DNA from: an uncultured Candidatus Saccharibacteria bacterium
GTDB lineage: Bacteria; Patescibacteriota; Minisyncoccia; Phycocordibacterales; UBA1006
Assembly (NCBI GenBank): GCA_964350165.1
Contig: CAYGJA010000001.1
Coordinates: 4,947-68,946, forward strand
Length of the DNA: 64,000 nt
Direction: 5' to 3'
The position numbers and the translations under genes were made by a program. Under the pieces are notes generated by a model. That model made no database searches. It was not told where the DNA came from and was given only the letters and a program-made list of their open reading frames with translations. Below are positions 37,556-47,261 of the stretch, one piece after another. Positions within the stretch are counted from its first letter, which is position 1, and every line of letters starts with the position of its first letter.

Positions 37556-39115
37556 ATGAACACCAAGCCAAATTTAAAAAAAATGCGACCCATTCTGTTT
37601 GGTATTAGCATCGTGGGAATAGCGGTGTTAATTTTTTCTATTTCATTCCATAAACGAACAAATGATTTTGTAGAAAAATATAATCCGGAACGTCAAGACC
37701 TAGTGGAGACATTGATTTTGACGGGACGTCTTTTGCCGCGAAATTCGCTAGAACTTAAATTTAATGAAGCTGGGGAAATAGAAAATATTTATAGAGAAGA
37801 GGGTCAAACCATACAAAAAGGACAGCTTTTTGCCGAGCTTTCGCACAAACTCTTAGACGCCGAACTAAACGAAACAAATGCCCAGATAGCAACCAGACAG
37901 GCGTCTTTGGAAATTCTTTTGTCAGGTTCAAGAGACGAAGACATTAGCGAACAAATCGCCGCCACCGAATTGGCTGAACTACAACGAGACCACGCTATCA
38001 CAAACCTCGAATCCACAGCTCGAGACGCAAAAAATCAAGCAGATAATGCAATCAGAAATGCCGTTGATGATTTTTTTGTCAATCCTCGCTCAAGCAATCC
38101 TCAACTAAGCTTTGCTCTTTCCAAAAACCAGAGTCTTCAGCTTGATCTCGAATTCAGAAGAAGAGGGATTGAAAAACTTCTAGACGAATGGCAATTAGAT
38201 TTTGCTTCAGCCATGACACTCGAAAACTACAAAGAAAGAACTGAACAAGTGCTCTCTAGGCTCGATATTGTTCGAGAGTTTTTGCGCATTGCAGCCTTGG
38301 CTGTAAACGGGGCAGAACCGACCTCAGATCTTACGGACACCACGATTCGAGCCTGGAAGACAAATCTAGCCAGTCAGCGCACTGTTATTGATGGTGCTAT
38401 CCAAGCAATACAGTCAGGACAGCAATCTATATCTGAAAAAACACTTACTTTGGCTCGTGCCAACTCTGTCTTGAGTCGCCTCCAAAACGGAAGCACTCCA
38501 CAGGAACTCTCTGCCAAAGAAGCAGAAATACAAGAAGTTGTTGCTCGCAAAAACACAATCTTTACCAAAATACAAAACAGAAAAATATACGCCCCGATAA
38601 GTGGCATCATAGCTGAAGTAAAAAAATCAAAAGGAGAAAATGTAACCACCCAAGACGTTATAGGTGTACTTATTTCTGAGAATAATTTTGAAGTAGAACT
38701 GGAAGTACCAGAACTAAATATCACTGCAATAGAAAAAGACGATGTCGTTCAAATATCTTTCGCGGCTCTTCCTGGCAAGGTATTTCGCGGAAAGATAAAT
38801 GAAATAGCCGAGACAGCTGAAACCGGAGCCAACCTTGTACCTTATTATAAAGTCACGGTTCTTCTAGAAGACCCCGATCCCACTCTTCGCTCTGGCCTTA
38901 TTGCTGATGTAATAGTAACAACTAACACCTATGAAAATGTGCTAGCTGTGCCGGCTCGCTTTATTCAAACAAACAAAGACGGTGAATATCTCTCTATTCT
39001 AGGAAATGATGAAAAAATAACCACACAAAAAATAACCACCGGACCAAAGAGTGGAGGTATGGTTATCATAGAGAGTCCAATTGAAACAGGTATAACCATC
39101 GTAATTGAAAAATAA
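37556..39115 (+). CDS. HlyD/MacA-like periplasmic adaptor (membrane fusion protein)
   Basis: 519 aa with an N-terminal TM, a long coiled-coil hairpin, and a beta-barrel domain (IYAPISGIIAEV...). Confidence 0.7.
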   Translation: MNTKPNLKKMRPILFGISIVGIAVLIFSISFHKRTNDFVEKYNPERQDLVETLILTGRLLPRNSLELKFNEAGEIENIYREEGQTIQKGQLFAELSHKLLDAELNETNAQIATRQASLEILLSGSRDEDISEQIAATELAELQRDHAITNLESTARDAKNQADNAIRNAVDDFFVNPRSSNPQLSFALSKNQSLQLDLEFRRRGIEKLLDEWQLDFASAMTLENYKERTEQVLSRLDIVREFLRIAALAVNGAEPTSDLTDTTIRAWKTNLASQRTVIDGAIQAIQSGQQSISEKTLTLARANSVLSRLQNGSTPQELSAKEAEIQEVVARKNTIFTKIQNRKIYAPISGIIAEVKKSKGENVTTQDVIGVLISENNFEVELEVPELNITAIEKDDVVQISFAALPGKVFRGKINEIAETAETGANLVPYYKVTVLLEDPDPTLRSGLIADVIVTTNTYENVLAVPARFIQTNKDGEYLSILGNDEKITTQKITTGPKSGGMVIIESPIETGITIVIEK

Positions 39116-39118
39116 ACC

Positions 39119-40369
39119 ATGCTAGCTAATCTTCGTGTCGCCTGGCTGTTGGCAAAAAGACAAATTCAAAACACAAGCCACTGGACAACGGCCTTGGTTA
39201 TTTTCATAATGACACTTACTTTTCTTAATCTTGTGGTTGTCAGCGGTATCTTGGTGGGCCTTATTGAGGGTGCGGTTCAAGCTAGCCGCGCCAAGAGCAC
39301 TGGTGATATTTTTATAACCACCCCCGAAGGAAAAAATGATCTTGCTTTTACTCACGACATCATCAAACAAATAGAATCACTCCCCAACATAAAAGGCTAT
39401 TCGGCTCGAATGCTGAGTGGGTCTACAATCGAAGCAAATTATCGCAAACAGCGCAGTGTCGATGAATTGCCAGACACCGTGGGCACCAACCTAACCGGCA
39501 TTGATCCGCAAGCAGAAGACTTTCTCACTAATCTCAGCGAAAGTATTGTTGAGGGTTCTTTTCTGGACGCAAACGAAACAGGACAAATCGTCTTGGGTGT
39601 TAATCTGCTAGAAAGCTATCTTGAGAATTTTGGAAATAGTGATTTCCAAGGAATAAAAGACATATCTGTTGGTGAAAAAGTAATTGTTACGGTGAACGGA
39701 AAAAGTCATGAATTCACAGTAAAGGGCCTTATCGATGACAAAGCCGGAGACATCGCCTTGCGCGCCTATGTGACAACAAGAGATTTCATTCAAATAACAG
39801 AACGTACAACCAGAAATGCAAATGAGATTATTATTTTTCTTACAACCAATAATGCCAATGAGGCAAAAAGACAACTACTCCAAGCAGGAATTAATACTGA
39901 CTACGCCGTAGTAGAAACCTGGGAAGAAGCTCAAGGTAAATTCTTGAACGATATCAAGGATACTTTTGGTCTTTTGGGAACAGTTATTGGGGGGGTTGCG
40001 CTTGTGGTGGCGTCTATCACCATCTTTATCATTATCTTTATTAACGCCATTAGTCGTAGAAAATTTATTGGTATTCTGAAGGGAATAGGTATCCAAGGGG
40101 CTGCAATTTCATATGCCTACGTCATTCAGTCGCTTTTTTATGCAATAACGGGTTCGCTACTTGGTCTCGTCATTACTTACGGTTTTCTTATTCCTTATTT
40201 TGCAAAGAATCCAATTGATTTTCCTTTTAGCGATGGGATTCTGGTTGCCCCCATAGGAGAAACGACGATCAGATTAGGAGTGCTGCTCTTTTTCACCATT
40301 CTGGCTGGCTTTATTCCAGCCAGAATTATTATCAAGAAAAACACTCTGGATTCTATTCTGGGCAGATAA
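39119..40369 (+). CDS. ABC transporter permease, FtsX/MacB-like
   Basis: 416 aa with a large periplasmic loop between TM1 and TM2, and an FtsX-type C-terminal 3-TM bundle. Confidence 0.7.
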   Translation: MLANLRVAWLLAKRQIQNTSHWTTALVIFIMTLTFLNLVVVSGILVGLIEGAVQASRAKSTGDIFITTPEGKNDLAFTHDIIKQIESLPNIKGYSARMLSGSTIEANYRKQRSVDELPDTVGTNLTGIDPQAEDFLTNLSESIVEGSFLDANETGQIVLGVNLLESYLENFGNSDFQGIKDISVGEKVIVTVNGKSHEFTVKGLIDDKAGDIALRAYVTTRDFIQITERTTRNANEIIIFLTTNNANEAKRQLLQAGINTDYAVVETWEEAQGKFLNDIKDTFGLLGTVIGGVALVVASITIFIIIFINAISRRKFIGILKGIGIQGAAISYAYVIQSLFYAITGSLLGLVITYGFLIPYFAKNPIDFPFSDGILVAPIGETTIRLGVLLFFTILAGFIPARIIIKKNTLDSILGR

Positions 40370-40376
40370 TAGTTCT

Positions 40377-41072
40377 ATGAAAAAAACCACAGAAAATAAA
40401 AATGTTATTGAAATAAAAAACCTCGTTCGCACTTTTACCAATGGAAAAGTTGTAAGCAAGGTACTAAGAGGGATTTCTTTGACCATAAAAGAAGGGGAGT
40501 TCGTATCGATCATGGGAAAATCAGGAGCAGGCAAGAGCACCCTCATGTACCAAATGAGCGCCCTCGATCATCCAACTTCAGGAAACCTAAGAGTGGCCGG
40601 AGCAAATCTAGAAACCTTATCCTCAAAAGAGCGCACTATTTTTCGACTTTACAACCTGGGGTATGTTTTTCAGGATTATGCACTTCTGCCAGAACTAAGT
40701 GCGGAAGAAAACATATCCCTGCCACTAATTATGCAAGGTAAAAGCAGAGAAGAAGCGAGCAAAATATCAATAGAAGCCCTGGAATCTGTCGGGCTTGGTG
40801 ACCGAGCAAAAAACAAACCTAGCCAACTTTCAGGAGGAGAGCAACAAAGAGTCAGTATTGCTCGCGCCATTGCCCACAAACCAAAAGTCCTTTTTGCAGA
40901 CGAACCAACCGCGAACCTAGACACCGCTTCCAGCAAACAAGTGCTCCGTGTTTTTCAAAAACTACACCAGGAAGGCCTAACCATCGTGATGGTTACTCAT
41001 GAAAAAGACTATGCCGATTATGCCGAGAGAATTATCTTTGTAAAAGACGGAGAAATTGTAAGTGCGCTATAA
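40377..41072 (+). CDS. ABC transporter ATP-binding protein (MacB/LolD-type)
   Basis: Has GKSGAGKST, LSGGEQQRVSIARA, and the D-loop. Confidence 0.85.
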   Translation: MKKTTENKNVIEIKNLVRTFTNGKVVSKVLRGISLTIKEGEFVSIMGKSGAGKSTLMYQMSALDHPTSGNLRVAGANLETLSSKERTIFRLYNLGYVFQDYALLPELSAEENISLPLIMQGKSREEASKISIEALESVGLGDRAKNKPSQLSGGEQQRVSIARAIAHKPKVLFADEPTANLDTASSKQVLRVFQKLHQEGLTIVMVTHEKDYADYAERIIFVKDGEIVSAL

Positions 41073-41081
41073 TATACAGTA

Positions 41082-41462
41082 ATGAATTGGCCGATTGCAT
41101 ACATCCGCTGGCACTATAGTACTGCCTATCGAGACATCACTCGTATTTGGTTCAATTACCTGTGGTTTTTGTTTCATTTTTTTTCAATAGCGCTTCTGCT
41201 CAAGACCTTTTTCCAGCCATTCCGAAGAATTCAGGAAGAAAAAACAAAGACTTTCAATCTCCAGGAAATTGGAGAAAATCTGGCCATAAACCTTATGATG
41301 CGCCTGGTTGGCATGCTTCTTCGCCTAGTGATTTTGTCTCTTGGGCTAGTCATTATATTTTTATTCTTTTTAGGAGGTCTTATTTTTTATGTTTTTTGGA
41401 CAGCTTTTCCCGTGGCTGCTTTGATACTGATATTGCTGAGCCTTAATGTACTAACGATATGA
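41082..41462 (+). CDS. Small membrane protein
   Basis: 126 aa and 3 TM. Overlaps the next gene by 4 nt. Confidence 0.35.
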   Translation: MNWPIAYIRWHYSTAYRDITRIWFNYLWFLFHFFSIALLLKTFFQPFRRIQEEKTKTFNLQEIGENLAINLMMRLVGMLLRLVILSLGLVIIFLFFLGGLIFYVFWTAFPVAALILILLSLNVLTI

Positions 41463-43927
41463 ATTACGACACACTAATTTCTCTTGCCAAATACTACTGG
41501 CCGGCCATCTCTTTGGAAGAGACTTTTTCTGAAAATAAAAGAAGTGTCATTAAAATTATCGGTGCTCTTTTTTTGGTGATTGGGTTAGCCGGAATAGGTC
41601 TAATATATCTACCTCTCCCAAATGCAGTTCTGGCAGAGCTTTCTTTAATTCAATCAACACTGGCTCGATACCAAACCATCATGCAGTTTATGTCAATGAT
41701 TGGTTTTTTGGGCTGGTTTAGCATGTTTCTGCTTGACAGCTTTTATCATTCATTTCTTTTTTCTGGAATGATTAGCGCACTTCCAGAACACAAGCAAGGA
41801 CCAGTAAAGCTCTATTTCGAAATTGCAGAAATATTAAAAAGTGACCCAGGCAATCCCACGAGAGCTCTCGCCGTTTCAACCGTTGGAAGAGAAATTCTCA
41901 TAAGAGCAGGTCTTGAGCCACGATTATTTGCAGAACTTCAGTCTTCTCTTGATCCGAACAGTTTTGTTTGGCCAGTGGATCAAACCTACACAATAGAACG
42001 CTTTGTCAGAATACTCATTGAACACGACGAAGCTTTTATGCGGTCTTTGTTTAAACAAGGAATCAGCAAAGATGACCTTATCGGTTCAGCAGAATGGGTG
42101 GCCACCAGAATCAATAATTACAAATTACACAAAAGAAAGTGGGGAAAGGAAAGCCTGGGGCGCATTCCGGGTCTTGCCAAAGACTGGTCCTATGGCTATG
42201 TCTACTATCTAGAAAAATATGCTCTTCCTATTGATAGTACCTCCGCCTATCAAGAAGTGTCCCTAGACACTCACCATCACGAAAAAGAAGCCCGCGAAAT
42301 CGAAGGTATTCTGGCCAGAGGACGTGAAGCCAATGTCTTGTTGGTAGGAAAAGAGGGCGTGGGAAAGCTAGAGATAATGGCCCGAGTAGCCAAAGAAATC
42401 AGTCGCGGAAACATTTTTCCCCAACTAGAGCACAAAAAAATCTACGTAGTAGATGGTCAAGCGATTATTTCATCAAATTCGGGAAAGAATACTTTCGAAG
42501 AAACACTTCGTTTGGTTTTTACCGAAGCGGCAAAAGCCGGCAATATCATTCTCGTTATTACTGACCTGCACGCGGTCATACAATCAGCCCAAGCAGTTGG
42601 GTCTGATCTAATTTCACTTCTGGACCCCTATCTAACATCCAACTCTCTTCAAATTGTAGGCATCACAAACGAACAAGCTTATTTTGGTCTCCTTGAACGG
42701 ATTCCAAAAATTATTCAGCGCTTTGACAAGGTCGATGTTGCCGAAGCAGACAGAAGCAACTCTCTTAGGGTGGTACTAGAAAAAGCAACAATGCTGGAAT
42801 ATCGATATCATTTCATTGCGACCTATCCAGCCATGGCCAAATTAGTAGATAATGCGAATCGATACATCACTTCCGGCGTCATGCCAGATAAAGCGTTAGA
42901 TATTTTGCTAGAATTTTCGACCCTGGCACAGCAGAACCATCAAAGCATCATCACCAAAAAAGCAATCGACGAGTTCTTTACCCAAAAAACAAACATTCCA
43001 GTTGGAGAAATAAAACAAGAAGAACGAGAAACTCTCATGCAATTAGAATCTCGACTTCACGCACGAGTAATTGGCCAAGAAGAAGCAGTCAAGGCGGTTG
43101 CCACGACCATGAGACGTTCTCGCGCTGGTGTACAAAACCCTGATCGCCCAATTGGTTCCTTCCTTTTCTTGGGCCCAACCGGTGTCGGAAAGACCGAAGT
43201 ATCCAAAGCACTGGCTCAGGCTTTTTTTGGCAGCGAAGAATCCATGATGCGTTTTGATATGTCAGAATACAAAACATACGATGCGCTAGACAAACTCATC
43301 GGATCTTTTCAGTCAGGACAATCGGGAACACTGGTTAAGGCTCTCAAGCAAAAGCCCTATGGACTTTTACTTCTTGATGAGTTTGAAAAAAGCACAGACC
43401 AAGTAAAAGACCTTTTCCTTCAGATATTAGATGAAGGTAAGTTTTCAGATATGAACGGAAACATGGTGAATGCTCAGAACACTATCATTATAGCCACATC
43501 AAACGCTGGTGCCGATACTATCTGGCAATTGTTTAAACAAGGAAAAAATCCAGCTAATTTTAAACAAGACCTCATAAATAAAATTATTAGTGAGGGCGTA
43601 TACAAACCAGAACTTCTCAACCGATTTGACGGAATTGTGGTTTTTCATCCTTTGGGAGAACCAGCGCTTCTTCAAATCGCAAACCTAATGCTTGCAAAAT
43701 TAAAAAAACGAATACTAAGCAACAAAGGCATCGAGGTCGATTTTGCACAAGAAGTTGTCGCTATTATTGCCACCAAGGGCTCAAACCCGCAATTTGGCGC
43801 TCGACCAATGAATAGATACATTCAGGAACACATCGAACAAATCATCGCCGACAAAATAATCACGGAAGGGGTTGGGGCCGGTTCACAATTGATCATTACC
43901 GGCCAAGATTTGTCGAGCTTTACCTAA
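41459..43927 (+). CDS. Clp/Hsp100-family AAA+ ATPase with an N-terminal membrane domain and a degenerate first Walker A
   Basis: 822 aa with about 3 N-terminal TM helices. The D1-like region is LLVGKEGVGKLE (GxxGxGK with L in place of T/S). D2 is canonical (LFLGPTGVGKTEVSKALA...LLLDEFEKS...ATSNAG). Confidence 0.6.
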   Translation: MNYDTLISLAKYYWPAISLEETFSENKRSVIKIIGALFLVIGLAGIGLIYLPLPNAVLAELSLIQSTLARYQTIMQFMSMIGFLGWFSMFLLDSFYHSFLFSGMISALPEHKQGPVKLYFEIAEILKSDPGNPTRALAVSTVGREILIRAGLEPRLFAELQSSLDPNSFVWPVDQTYTIERFVRILIEHDEAFMRSLFKQGISKDDLIGSAEWVATRINNYKLHKRKWGKESLGRIPGLAKDWSYGYVYYLEKYALPIDSTSAYQEVSLDTHHHEKEAREIEGILARGREANVLLVGKEGVGKLEIMARVAKEISRGNIFPQLEHKKIYVVDGQAIISSNSGKNTFEETLRLVFTEAAKAGNIILVITDLHAVIQSAQAVGSDLISLLDPYLTSNSLQIVGITNEQAYFGLLERIPKIIQRFDKVDVAEADRSNSLRVVLEKATMLEYRYHFIATYPAMAKLVDNANRYITSGVMPDKALDILLEFSTLAQQNHQSIITKKAIDEFFTQKTNIPVGEIKQEERETLMQLESRLHARVIGQEEAVKAVATTMRRSRAGVQNPDRPIGSFLFLGPTGVGKTEVSKALAQAFFGSEESMMRFDMSEYKTYDALDKLIGSFQSGQSGTLVKALKQKPYGLLLLDEFEKSTDQVKDLFLQILDEGKFSDMNGNMVNAQNTIIIATSNAGADTIWQLFKQGKNPANFKQDLINKIISEGVYKPELLNRFDGIVVFHPLGEPALLQIANLMLAKLKKRILSNKGIEVDFAQEVVAIIATKGSNPQFGARPMNRYIQEHIEQIIADKIITEGVGAGSQLIITGQDLSSFT

Positions 43928-43983
43928 CAGCAACATTCAAGCTATAATCGTCTGTATTGTTATCTAATTAACCCATTCTAACC

Positions 43984-44736
43984 ATGCCAAACACACACAA
44001 ATCTGGAAATGTCGCCCTTTGGGGAATTTTTCTCGTTATTGTTATCGGGGTACTTGTTGCCGCCGTGATGTACGGAAACAGCCAAGAGGCTCCAGGACAA
44101 ACCGACATAGCCATTGCTGATGAGCAAAAAAATGACATTCTCGCGGTGAGAGAGGACGACAACATCAAGGGTTCCGCTTCTGCACCAGTTGTCATCGTGG
44201 AATACAGCGACTTTCAATGTCCAGCCTGCAAAAATTTTGCCCCAGTTATCGAATCAGTCTTAGAAAATAACCCCGAAGGAGTTGCTTTTGTTTATCGCCA
44301 CTTACCACTTCGACAAATCCACCCAAATGCGGACCTTGCCGCTCGAGCTTCTCAAGCAGCCGCAAATCAAGGTAAATTCTTTGAAATGCACGACCTTCTT
44401 TTTGCCGAACAAGAAAACTGGTCAGCCGAACGGAACCCACGAAATCTATTTGTAGAATACGCAGATTCTCTTGAGCTAGACCTGGATCTGTTTGCAACAG
44501 ACTTGAACAGTCCTGAAATAGGAAACCGTGTCAACAGCGACTACCAAGACGCAGAACTTCTTCTTGGTGGACAAAGAGGGCTTTCGACTCCAACCATCTT
44601 TGTAAACGGTGAACAAATCCAAGGACAATCTTTGTCTCAACTAAACGCAATCGTTACGGCCCTAATAGAAGCAACCGAATCAGAAGCCAGCACAACCACA
44701 AGTGAACTGAACGAATTGCCAACGGTCACCAACTAG
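43984..44736 (+). CDS. DsbA/BdbD-like thiol:disulfide oxidoreductase, membrane-anchored
   Basis: 250 aa with an N-terminal TM and the active site FQCPACKNF. Confidence 0.7.
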   Translation: MPNTHKSGNVALWGIFLVIVIGVLVAAVMYGNSQEAPGQTDIAIADEQKNDILAVREDDNIKGSASAPVVIVEYSDFQCPACKNFAPVIESVLENNPEGVAFVYRHLPLRQIHPNADLAARASQAAANQGKFFEMHDLLFAEQENWSAERNPRNLFVEYADSLELDLDLFATDLNSPEIGNRVNSDYQDAELLLGGQRGLSTPTIFVNGEQIQGQSLSQLNAIVTALIEATESEASTTTSELNELPTVTN

Positions 44737-44741
44737 CAAGA

Positions 44742-45023
44742 ATGAACAACAAAAGAATCTGGATAAATGCGGCTGTAATTATTGCCTTTGTTTTATTCCC
44801 CTGGTACGTGGTCATCACCATGCTTGCACTAGGCAATGTTTTTGTCAGAAACTATTGGGAGTCTTTGCTGATTGCTGTTGGTATTGATTTTATGTTGACC
44901 GGAGGATTTACCGTCGGGTGGATAAGTATCCTAGGGAAAAGGGCTCCTATTATCTTACTAGGTATTTTACTCGTCTTCATTATCCGAAACACTATATTTA
45001 GGGAAAAACACTGGGACCAATAA
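44742..45023 (+). CDS. Small membrane protein
   Basis: 93 aa and 3 TM. Confidence 0.3.
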   Translation: MNNKRIWINAAVIIAFVLFPWYVVITMLALGNVFVRNYWESLLIAVGIDFMLTGGFTVGWISILGKRAPIILLGILLVFIIRNTIFREKHWDQ

Positions 45024-45038
45024 GCTATACTAAAAGAC

Positions 45039-46763
45039 ATGAGAGGAAAGAAACATCGTCATGCGGAAATCCTTCCAGATGAAATACTGCTTGATGGACA
45101 AAACAAGCCAGGATTTAACACTCACCAAATGGAGGGTGTTATTGAGATGCCTTTTTTGAGCACCACCCACTTAGTGGTAAAAATTATTTTCTTGGCTATC
45201 TTTTTAATTATTGCTGGAAAATTATTTTCTCTTCAGGTTGTGTCAGGGCAAGAAATGCTTGCCGTGAGCGAACGAAACCGTCTTCGCCAAGTACCCATCT
45301 TTAGTGAAAGGGGAATCATCTATGACCGGAACAATATTGAACTGGCCTGGAATAGTCGCACAAACGAAGATGTTCCTTTTTCTTTAAGAGAATACATAGA
45401 TCAGGGGGGATTTAGTCACGTTTTGGGTTATGTCGGTTATCCAACCAAAGACGACGCTGGTTTTTATTGGCGAAATGAAATTGTTGGAAGAGAGGGGGTT
45501 GAAGCTATTCTCGACAGCACTCTCAGTGGACAAAATGGTCAACAATTAGTAGAAACAGACGCACTGCTAAACATTACCGAATCAAACACTGTTCGACCAG
45601 CCGAAAACGGAAGCAATGCCCATCTCACCATAGACGCAAGACTCCAGGGGGCGATTTACCAATCCATTCGAGAGCATGCCGAAGAGTATGGCTACCAGGG
45701 AGGTGTCGGCGTTGTGCTGGATGTTGATTCTGGAGAAGTGCTCACCCTGACCAATTATCCAGAATATAGTTCATCTGTTATGTCAGATGGATCTGACAGA
45801 GAAACCATCGCTAGTTATTTTTCTTCTTCACAAAAACCTTTTCTTAACCGAGCTCTGGGGGGGCTGTATACACCAGGGTCAACCATAAAGCCCTTTATCG
45901 CTGCCGGAGCACTACACGAAGGAATTGTCACAGCAAAAACACAAATAAACAGCGTTGGTCAAATTGAAGTCCCTAACCGTTACAACCCAGATGATCCCGC
46001 CATCTTTAGAGATTGGAAAACAGGTGGGCACGGACTCACCGATGTCAAAAAAGCAATAGCAGATTCGGTGAATACTTTCTTCTATGCAGTTACCGGAGGC
46101 TACAAAAACATCCAAGGCATGGGAATCACTGGCATAGAAAAATATGTCCGTGCATTTGGATTGGGGAGTGAAACAGGTATTGATCTAGGCAAAGAAGCCA
46201 CCGGGATTGTTCCGACACCAGAATGGAAAAAAAGGGTTTTTAACGGAGACGATTGGCGACTAGGAGACACTTATATTACATCCATTGGGCAATTTGGTTT
46301 CCAGGTAACCCCATTGCAGATGGCGCGAGGTATTGCCGCTGTAGCAAACTCTGGAAAATTAGTAACCCCTCAAGTAATAGCAAAAACCCCAGAAGTATCC
46401 TACATCGAAGAACCCATTTCCACCCAACACTATCAGATTGTTCGAGATGGCATGCGCCAAACCGTCACCGAAGGAACTGCTCTGAGCTCATTGAATGTGC
46501 CCTATATTGAAATAGCAGCCAAAACAGGTACCGCCCAAGTTGGTGCTGACAATGAATTCATTAACTCTTGGGTGGTTGGTTTTTTTCCATATCAAGACCC
46601 TCGATATGCTTTTGCAATTGTTATGGAAAGAGGTCCAAACGAAGAAAGAACAAGGGGCGCTGCCTGGGTTTTCAGAAACACCATGAACAAACTCCAAGAA
46701 TCTGATCCGGAATTTTTTGATCAATTTGCGTCTCCAGAAGAATTTTTCGTTGACCAGCCATGA
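45039..46763 (+). CDS. Penicillin-binding protein 2 (class B transpeptidase)
   Basis: 574 aa with STIKPF (SxxK), SVNTFF (SxN), and KTGTAQ (KTG). Confidence 0.8.
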   Translation: MRGKKHRHAEILPDEILLDGQNKPGFNTHQMEGVIEMPFLSTTHLVVKIIFLAIFLIIAGKLFSLQVVSGQEMLAVSERNRLRQVPIFSERGIIYDRNNIELAWNSRTNEDVPFSLREYIDQGGFSHVLGYVGYPTKDDAGFYWRNEIVGREGVEAILDSTLSGQNGQQLVETDALLNITESNTVRPAENGSNAHLTIDARLQGAIYQSIREHAEEYGYQGGVGVVLDVDSGEVLTLTNYPEYSSSVMSDGSDRETIASYFSSSQKPFLNRALGGLYTPGSTIKPFIAAGALHEGIVTAKTQINSVGQIEVPNRYNPDDPAIFRDWKTGGHGLTDVKKAIADSVNTFFYAVTGGYKNIQGMGITGIEKYVRAFGLGSETGIDLGKEATGIVPTPEWKKRVFNGDDWRLGDTYITSIGQFGFQVTPLQMARGIAAVANSGKLVTPQVIAKTPEVSYIEEPISTQHYQIVRDGMRQTVTEGTALSSLNVPYIEIAAKTGTAQVGADNEFINSWVVGFFPYQDPRYAFAIVMERGPNEERTRGAAWVFRNTMNKLQESDPEFFDQFASPEEFFVDQP

Positions 46764-46772
46764 TTTAGCCGT

Positions 46773-46778
46773 TAGAAT
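46773..46778 (+). promoter_or_regulatory. -10-like TAGAAT 6 nt upstream of the greA ATG
   Basis: TAGAAT-tcaccc-ATG(46785). Confidence 0.35.
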
Positions 46779-46784
46779 TCACCC

Positions 46785-47258
46785 ATGTCTACAGAAGAAT
46801 CAATTTACATATCTCCAGAAAAAAAAACCGAACTTCAATTGGAACTAAAGGATCGAAAAGAAACCATCCGACCAGAAATTCTCCACAAGCTTCAATTTGC
46901 AAAATCTTTGGGTGATTTATCTGAAAATGCCGAATATCATGACGCCAGAGAAAGACAAGGTAAGAACGAATCAAGAATTCAGCAAATAGAACACATTCTA
47001 AAAAATGCAGTTTTGGTAGAAAAACAAACTGATGGAATCGTTGGCTTAGGGTCTGAAGTAATCATCAACAAAATCGAATCCCCCGAAGAAGAAAAAAAAT
47101 ACACCATCGTGGGTCCTGCTGAAGCAGATATGGCTATCGGTAAATTATCTAGCGAGTCACCACTAGGACAGGCTCTTTTGGGTGGCAAAGAAGGGGAGAC
47201 GGTGGCCTTTGAATCTCCAAGAGGAACCACCCATTACAACATAATCAAAGTTTCTTAG
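46785..47258 (+). CDS. greA: Transcription elongation factor GreA
   Basis: 157 aa with an N-terminal coiled coil carrying the acidic tip (DLSENAEYH), and a C-terminal FKBP-like domain. Confidence 0.85.
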   Translation: MSTEESIYISPEKKTELQLELKDRKETIRPEILHKLQFAKSLGDLSENAEYHDARERQGKNESRIQQIEHILKNAVLVEKQTDGIVGLGSEVIINKIESPEEEKKYTIVGPAEADMAIGKLSSESPLGQALLGGKEGETVAFESPRGTTHYNIIKVS

Positions 47259-47261
47259 AAC

